From Candidatus Krumholzibacteriia bacterium (GTDB lineage Bacteria; Krumholzibacteriota; Krumholzibacteriia; LZORAL124-64-63), in assembly GCA_036351155.1 (NCBI GenBank), contig JAZBOO010000192.1, positions 1 through 11,049 on the forward strand: 11,049 nt of DNA, read 5' to 3'. The notes under the pieces were generated by a model. The model was not told the origin of the DNA, did not search any database, and worked only from the letters and a program-made list of their open reading frames with translations. Both the position numbers and the translations under genes were made by a program. Shown piece after piece: positions 1 to 6,112 of this stretch; positions within the stretch are counted from its first letter, which is position 1; each line of letters starts with the position of its first letter.

Positions 1-1685
1 AGACGGTCCACATCCGGGCGCGGACTGACCAGTGCGAAATCCAGATGGGGCTTCTTGACCGGCTGCCCCTTCTGCATTTCCGGGGGCAGGAAGTAGGGGA
101 AAGGATCGCGCAGCGTTCCGGTCAGCTTGAACTGGCCGGAGTTGAACTTCAGATCGCTGCGGACCACCGTGAACTGGTCCTGGTTGAACTGCAGCTCGGC
201 GTCCATGCTCTTGAGCTCGTCGATCAGCTCGGTCTCGGTATAGGAAGCCTTGCGGAACACTGCGGTGCCCTGGTAGGTCAGCTGATCCATGCCCGCAGGG
301 CCCACGTTGACGTCCACGTTCAGGTCACCACGCCCGCCCAGTTTGCCCTTTTGCTCGGGGGGCATCATGGGCTGGACCAGCGACCACATCCTGCCCAGAT
401 CGAGGTCCTTGGCCTGGGCCTTGAAGTGAGTTGTGGGACCGGCTTCAGCCATGAGCACATCGCCCTGGCCACTGAGCGCAAACCCCGCCACCGCACCCTG
501 CAGACTCTTGATGTCCAGCCGCTGAGTCGTGTTGTCCCACACCAGGTCATAGGTCAGGTCAGCGGGCAGGTCCGGGGCCGGCACCAGCTGAGCAAATTCC
601 ATCTGGGCGACTTTGACTTGCCCCTTGAGCGCATACTGATTTGCTGCCGCATTCTGCAGGGCAACAGAACCGTCCATTCCGGAGATGGCCGCCCCCAGCT
701 TGGCGTCGTTGTAAGAGGCCTCGCGGATGTTCGCCTGGCCCGTCAGCTTCAGACCTTCCGGACCCCCGGGAGGGGCCGTCATCTCGAAGGTGAGGTCGCC
801 GCGACCGGCCAGCTGGCCTTCCTGTTTCGGCGGCAGCATGGGTTTCATCAAATCCCACAGCGCAGCCAGGTCCAGGTCCTGGGCCTGACCTTTCAGGTGG
901 GTTGTGGGCCCGGCGTCGGCCACCTGGACGCTGCCCTGGGCACCGAGCGCAAAACCCGCCACCATGCCCTGCAAATCCTGGATATCCAGGCGCTGGGCCG
1001 CATTGTCCCAGAGCAGTTCGTAGGTCACGGCCACGGGCAATTCAGGGGCAGGGTCCAGCTGTGAGAGCGAAATTTGCTCCGCCTTCAGATCACCCTTGAC
1101 GAAGAACTGGCTCGGGGCGGGATCCTGCAAGACCAGCGATCCTTCCAGCCCCGTGAATTCAGCGGTCTGGCCAGGACCCACGGCGCTGGTGAACATCAGG
1201 TGACCATTCTTGATCGAAAAATTGTCCACCGAAACGGCGGCCGCGTCCCGGGCCTGGCCGGGCGCTTCGGCAGGCGAGGCGGCCGGCTTCTCCGCCGGCG
1301 CGAAAGTGAAGTTGTTGGTGCCGTCGGCCAGGGTCATCAGGTTGATCCGGGGGGCATCTAGCACCAGCCGCCCCACCCGCACCTCGCCCTTGAGCAGGGG
1401 CAGCAGGGCCAGCTTCAGGTCCACGCCCTGGACCTGTGCCAGGGGATCACCGGAAAAACCGGCGGGGTTCATCACCGCCACGTCGGCCACCTTGACGCCC
1501 AGGCCACCCAGGAACGAGACAGAAACCTCGCCCACCTGGACTTCACGCCCCAGGCTTTCACGAGCTTGCTCCATGGCCAGGTCCCGGATCTTCTCGACGG
1601 GCAGGAAAATCTTCACGGCCACGACCAGCAGCAGAATGACAGCCAGCACAACTCCCAGGATGCGGACGGATTTACGACGGAACAC
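1..1685 (-). CDS. AsmA-family (bridge-like lipid transfer) protein, 3'-truncated by the window edge (561 codons visible)
   Basis: Translated by hand; missing from the ORF track. GTG at 1685-1683, GAGG 7 nt upstream, open frame to position 3. MFRRKSVRILGVVLAVILLLVVAVKIFLP (basic residues + TM anchor) is followed by an AsmA-like N-terminus ESLGREVQVGEVSVSFLGGLGVKVADVAV...VDLKLALLPLLKGEVRVGRLVLDAPRINL...DGTNNF, then amphipathic beta-strands. Confidence 0.88.
   Translation of the reverse strand, partial: MFRRKSVRILGVVLAVILLLVVAVKIFLPVEKIRDLAMEQARESLGREVQVGEVSVSFLGGLGVKVADVAVMNPAGFSGDPLAQVQGVDLKLALLPLLKGEVRVGRLVLDAPRINLMTLADGTNNFTFAPAEKPAASPAEAPGQARDAAAVSVDNFSIKNGHLMFTSAVGPGQTAEFTGLEGSLVLQDPAPSQFFVKGDLKAEQISLSQLDPAPELPVAVTYELLWDNAAQRLDIQDLQGMVAGFALGAQGSVQVADAGPTTHLKGQAQDLDLAALWDLMKPMLPPKQEGQLAGRGDLTFEMTAPPGGPEGLKLTGQANIREASYNDAKLGAAISGMDGSVALQNAAANQYALKGQVKVAQMEFAQLVPAPDLPADLTYDLVWDNTTQRLDIKSLQGAVAGFALSGQGDVLMAEAGPTTHFKAQAKDLDLGRMWSLVQPMMPPEQKGKLGGRGDLNVDVNVGPAGMDQLTYQGTAVFRKASYTETELIDELKSMDAELQFNQDQFTVVRSDLKFNSGQFKLTGTLRDPFPYFLPPEMQKGQPVKKPHLDFALVSPRPDVDR
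216..1157 (-). repeat. Intragenic tandem duplication, two 471-bp (157-aa) units: ~1157-687 and ~686-216
   Basis: TTGTCCCA at 532 and 1003 and GAGCGCAAA at 474 and 945 are both offset by 471. The gapless 90-aa core (QLDPAPELP...GRGDL vs QLVPAPDLP...GRGDL) has 58/90 identities by manual count. Confidence 0.93.
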
Positions 1686-1758
1686 TTCACAACCTCTGTG
1701 TTTGGGAAAAAGTCTTCTCAAGAACACCATAAATCCGTTCCGGGTTTCAGCACTCCCG

Positions 1759-1780
1759 ATTTTCCAACCCGTTGGAAAAT
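1759..1780. promoter_or_regulatory. Perfect inverted repeat ATTTTCCAAC-cc-GTTGGAAAAT, candidate TF site
   Basis: 10-bp perfect arms with a 2-nt spacer, in the divergent asmA/gntR intergenic region. The function is inferred. Confidence 0.5.
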
Positions 1781-1793
1781 TTTTGCAACCCTC

Positions 1794-1823
1794 TTGCTTT
1801 TCCCGCGTATACCATGCTACTAT
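1794..1823 (+). promoter_or_regulatory. Sigma70-type promoter of the gntR operon (TTGCTT, extended -10 TGcTACTAT)
   Basis: TTGCTT at 1794-1799, 18-nt spacer, TACTAT at 1818-1823 preceded by TG at 1815-1816. Confidence 0.6.
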
Positions 1824-1842
1824 ATTAGTTGTCTAATATAGT
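1819..1842. promoter_or_regulatory. Putative YtrA/GntR operator ACTATATTAG-ttgt-CTAATATAGT
   Basis: Perfect 10-bp inverted repeat overlapping the -10 box, 21 nt upstream of the GntR ATG. YtrA-subfamily regulators autorepress through long palindromes of this kind. Confidence 0.8.
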
Positions 1843-1863
1843 CTAACCGAGAAAGAGCCGGAC

Positions 1864-2259
1864 ATGATTCACATCGACCCCAAAGACGGGGTGCCCATTT
1901 ACCGCCAGGTCATGGACCAGATCAAGCTGCAGGTGACCACCGGACAGCTCGTGCCCGGACAGCAGCTCGAATCGGTGGCCAACCTGTCCCAGCGGCTCAA
2001 GGTCAATCCCATGACGATCAGTAAAGCCTACGGCTTTCTGGTGGAAGAAGGCCTCGTCGAAAGGAGGCGCGGCGTGGGCATCTTCGTGGCGCAACTGGAC
2101 AACCAGCAGACCGAGAAAAACCGCCACCAGGTGCTGTCCGAGGCCCTGGGCGATGCGGCCGCGCTGACCGTGCAGATGGGTGTGCCCCATCAGCAGGCCC
2201 TGCAGATTTTCAAGGAACACCTGGTCCGGCTGGGCCGAATGAAGGGTGACGAATCATGA
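1864..2259 (+). CDS. GntR-family transcriptional regulator, YtrA subfamily
   Basis: wHTH: PIYRQVMDQIK...G.LVPGQQLESV..LSQRLKVNPMTISKAY..L..EGL..RRRGVGIFV, with a short helical C-terminus (131 aa). It lies directly upstream of an ABC ATPase. Confidence 0.95.
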   Translation: MIHIDPKDGVPIYRQVMDQIKLQVTTGQLVPGQQLESVANLSQRLKVNPMTISKAYGFLVEEGLVERRRGVGIFVAQLDNQQTEKNRHQVLSEALGDAAALTVQMGVPHQQALQIFKEHLVRLGRMKGDES

Positions 2260-3167
2260 TGAGCCCGGCACAGAACCTATCTGGAGATCCAGTGATCAGC
2301 ATCCGCAACCTGACCAAGGAGTACGGCAAGACCAGGGCCCTGGCCCAGGTGGACCTGGATATTCCCGCCGGCTCGGTGGTGGGCGTGCTGGGGCCCAACG
2401 GCAGCGGCAAAACGACCCTGCTGAAGCACATCTGCGGATTGCAGCGGCCCAGCCATGGGCACGTGATCACCCTGGGCAAGGAGGCCCTGGACCTGGGCGG
2501 CGAAGAGATGGCGCAGATCGGCTACGTGAGCCAGGAAAGCGAACTGCTGGACTGGCTGACGGTGGGGGAGACCATCGACCTGGCCCGCGCCCATCATCCC
2601 ACCTGGGACGCCGCCCTGGCCCAGACCCTGATGGATCGCTTCGAGCTGAAGCGCGGCAAGAAGGTGGGCGGTATGTCGGTGGGACAGAAGCAACGCTTGA
2701 CCATCGTGCTGGGCGTGAGTCACCGGCCACGCCTGCTGCTGCTGGACGAGCCGGCGGCCAGCCTGGACCCCATCGTGCGGCAGGATTTTCTGGACCTGCT
2801 GATGGAGCTGATCCAGGACGGCAGCCGCACCATCCTGATCTCCAGCCACATCCTGACTGACGTGGAAAAGGTGATCGACCAGGTGCTGATCATGGACCAC
2901 GGCACGGTGCATTGCTTCCAGCCGCTGGATGATCTGCGCGAGGAATATTACCGGGTGGAGCTGGATGCGCTGCAGGGTGAGTTGCCGGCGGACATCACGC
3001 TGACCGGGCTGAAAAACCTGGAGCACGGAGGAAGCCGGGCCTTGGTCACGGTACACAACCCGGACCGGCACCAGCTGAACGCGGAGCTCGAGAAACTGGG
3101 CTGCCGCACAAGCGTGCGCAATCTGGACTTCGAGGAGATCTATCGCCTCGTCGTGACGGGAAGGTAG
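2256..3167 (+). CDS. ABC transporter ATP-binding protein (YtrB / ABC-2 type)
   Basis: Walker A GPNGSGKT, Q-loop YVSQ, signature variant MSVGQKQR, Walker B LLLLDEP, H-loop SSH. ATGA overlap with the gntR stop. Confidence 0.96.
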   Translation: MMSPAQNLSGDPVISIRNLTKEYGKTRALAQVDLDIPAGSVVGVLGPNGSGKTTLLKHICGLQRPSHGHVITLGKEALDLGGEEMAQIGYVSQESELLDWLTVGETIDLARAHHPTWDAALAQTLMDRFELKRGKKVGGMSVGQKQRLTIVLGVSHRPRLLLLDEPAASLDPIVRQDFLDLLMELIQDGSRTILISSHILTDVEKVIDQVLIMDHGTVHCFQPLDDLREEYYRVELDALQGELPADITLTGLKNLEHGGSRALVTVHNPDRHQLNAELEKLGCRTSVRNLDFEEIYRLVVTGR

Positions 3168-3174
3168 GTGCGAC

Positions 3175-4626
3175 ATGAGCCAGGTCCTGCGCCACTCCCG
3201 TATCTATCTCCGCAACTGGAAGCTGTTGCTGTTCAGCTTTTTTGCTCCCATCCTGATCACGGTGCCCCTGATTCTGAGCACTGCGGTGAAGGGCGAGGTG
3301 TACCTGGGTTTTGTCATTCTGGCCACGCTGGGGCTCGTCGGAGGATTGGCCTTCTTCCTGGCCACCGCTCAGCAGGAACTGATGTCCCGGGCCTTCACTT
3401 TTCTCCTGCCAGATCTCCGCCAGGGAATGTCGCGTCAGCTCGCCCTGGGGGGTCTGGTGCTGTTCATCCTGGTGCTGGTTTCGGTGCTCCTGACGCCCGC
3501 CTATCACACCTATGCCGGATCACTGGGGAGCCTGGCCTGGTCCACGGCGGCATTCATGCTGGCCGTCTATGGCCTGGTGCTGCTGCTCGTTTTTGCCAGC
3601 GTGTTCTCCTCGTGGCTTCCGTTCAACGTCCTCTGGGCCACCTTCTTCGTCATCCGCTTCTTTATCCGCACCCCGGACGCGACGTACTTCCGTTTTCTCG
3701 ACCACCCGGAAATCTGGACGCCGCTGGCCTTGGTGACGGCCTGGCTGGTGCATCGTCGGCTGAATGGTTCGGGGCTGCACCGGCGCTTGATCGAGGAGCC
3801 CTACATCTCCATCGTCGACCTGAAAGACCAGGCCAAGATCGAACAGTTCAAGCAGGCCCGGCACCGACACAAGGGCCACCTGGAAGGTGAGGGCCGACCC
3901 GGACACCAGATACTGAACTCGCTGGTCGCCTATATCGCCCAGGCCAACGCCCGTGGCCGCCGTGCCCTGGCCGCCACCTGGGAAGCTCATGCTGTATTCT
4001 TGATGACCAGCATTCCGCGGAATCGCTGGCGCCTGGGCCTGCTGATCCTCTTCTTACCGGCCATGGTGGTGTTCACCGGGTACGCGGACGGTTATTCGCA
4101 GGCCAGGATGGAAGACTCCGACCTCGTCGGCTGGTACCCGGGGTTCGTTTTCATGCTGATGTGCTTACCTGCCCTGATCTTCCACTACGTGAAGACCCGG
4201 CCGGTGGGGTTGCTCCGCAGTCGCAACGACACCTGCCGGGCGGGCTACCTGGCGATGGCCCTGACGTTGGGGCTTTCCCTGGCCGGCTCGGCGGTCGCTG
4301 TGAGTCTGTTCCAGATAGGCGAAATGCTCTTGCCCGCTTTCACCTACAAGAACTGCCTCATCAACTTCGGGGGACCGCTGGGCATCACTCCCTTTCTTCC
4401 CTTGTTCTTCCTTCCCTACCAGATGCTGATCCACACCCTCTGGCGACAGAAGGGCTCCATCATGGTTTTACAGCAATCGGGTACCCTGCTGTTCTTCCTC
4501 TTTCATGGCCTGTTGACCATGGGGGGCCCCACGTTACTGATGCCCACGGCTGCGGCGGCCCTCCTGGGCTGGCTACTCTTGCCCTTCGCCTGGCACTGGC
4601 GCACAATGAGGAGTGATCTCGCATGA
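3175..4626 (+). CDS. Polytopic membrane protein, probable ABC permease
   Basis: 483 aa with roughly 11-12 hydrophobic segments by eye, in two blocks separated by a charged loop. It starts 7 nt after the ATPase stop, with AGGT upstream. Confidence 0.82.
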   Translation: MSQVLRHSRIYLRNWKLLLFSFFAPILITVPLILSTAVKGEVYLGFVILATLGLVGGLAFFLATAQQELMSRAFTFLLPDLRQGMSRQLALGGLVLFILVLVSVLLTPAYHTYAGSLGSLAWSTAAFMLAVYGLVLLLVFASVFSSWLPFNVLWATFFVIRFFIRTPDATYFRFLDHPEIWTPLALVTAWLVHRRLNGSGLHRRLIEEPYISIVDLKDQAKIEQFKQARHRHKGHLEGEGRPGHQILNSLVAYIAQANARGRRALAATWEAHAVFLMTSIPRNRWRLGLLILFLPAMVVFTGYADGYSQARMEDSDLVGWYPGFVFMLMCLPALIFHYVKTRPVGLLRSRNDTCRAGYLAMALTLGLSLAGSAVAVSLFQIGEMLLPAFTYKNCLINFGGPLGITPFLPLFFLPYQMLIHTLWRQKGSIMVLQQSGTLLFFLFHGLLTMGGPTLLMPTAAAALLGWLLLPFAWHWRTMRSDLA

Positions 4627-5033
4627 TGAAAACGGCCCGACAATCCCGCCTCCTTGCCATGATCCTGCTGGCCACCTTCCTGTCCGGATGCTCCACCTGG
4701 CAGCCCGCGTTCCCTCCGGGCGATATCCCTCTGGACCAGACCGAAAACAGTCACAACGAGATCCACCGGGGCGCGATCGTGCGTATCAAACTGGTATCTG
4801 GCCAGACCATCAAGGGCACCGTGGCGCGCACCGACAGCGAGGCCGTGTACCTGGACAAGAGCGGAAACTATGGATACGAAGAGCTGCGTATCGACTGGGA
4901 AGAAATGGCATCCATGGAAGTCCACAAACCGACCGGCACCTCGAACATCCTGCTGACCACCACCGGCGTGGTGGCCGGCCTGGTCATGGTGGTCTTCATC
5001 GGCTTGAGTAACATGAACTGGGGACCGAATTAA
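4623..5033 (+). CDS. Small lipoprotein with an Sm/LSm-like beta domain and a C-terminal hydrophobic helix
   Basis: Lipobox LSG-C (Cys23 at 4689-4691), GAGGAG RBS at 4608-4613, ATGA overlap with the permease stop. Core GAIVRIKLVSGQTIKGTVARTDSEAVYL...RIDWEEMASMEV; tail ILLTTTGVVAGLVMVVFIGL. Confidence 0.8.
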   Translation: MMKTARQSRLLAMILLATFLSGCSTWQPAFPPGDIPLDQTENSHNEIHRGAIVRIKLVSGQTIKGTVARTDSEAVYLDKSGNYGYEELRIDWEEMASMEVHKPTGTSNILLTTTGVVAGLVMVVFIGLSNMNWGPN

Positions 5034-5077
5034 ACCTGGGGCTGAGCATCCTGCGCTGGCCTCCTGGCCCTTCCCGG

Positions 5078-5086
5078 TGCTAGACT
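5078..5086 (+). promoter_or_regulatory. Extended -10 (TGcTAGACT) positioned for leaderless transcription
   Basis: TAGACT at 5081-5086, 6 nt before the ATG at 5093. No Shine-Dalgarno sequence. Confidence 0.65.
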
Positions 5087-5092
5087 GCCCCC

Positions 5093-5926
<834 letters not shown>

Positions 5927-6042
5927 GGGGAAACAGTCAGGGTGGTGACGTGAGGTCCGAGGCTACTGTTCCTTTTCAGAATTGAACCATCTTACCTTAA
6001 ATTACCAATCTATCTCCCGACCAGATTTGATTATTTGTTCAT

Positions 6043-6066
6043 TTTTGGCTGCGCCCGCAGCCAAAA
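6043..6066. terminator. Hairpin TTTTGGCTGC-gccc-GCAGCCAAAA between convergent genes
   Basis: Perfect 10-bp stem with a 4-nt loop, 46 nt past the stop of the 809-aa gene. It has no 3' U-tract on either strand, so the terminator call is weak. Confidence 0.4.
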
Positions 6067-6112
6067 GTGGTGTTCCGGTCAAATTTTACCCCAAATTTAT
6101 CACGCGCGCCCA

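Noticed and set aside
45..1064. 339-aa plus-strand ORF showing an internal repeat
   Set aside because: Antisense shadow of the AsmA gene; its repeat only mirrors the real duplication.
1210..1841. Plus-strand ORFs 1210..1836 and 1566..1841
   Set aside because: They overlap the AsmA 5' end and the promoter region, have low-complexity composition and show no family motif.
2246..3890. Alternative-frame or antisense ORFs 2246..2860, 2277..3176 and 3168..3890
   Set aside because: They overlap the clear ATPase and permease genes and are typical high-GC artefacts.
5929..5976. Possible terminator or ribozyme after the channel (AACAGT...ACTGTT followed by CCTTTT)
   Set aside because: Short stem with a 27-nt loop and no hammerhead core (CUGAnGA/GAAA in the right arrangement).
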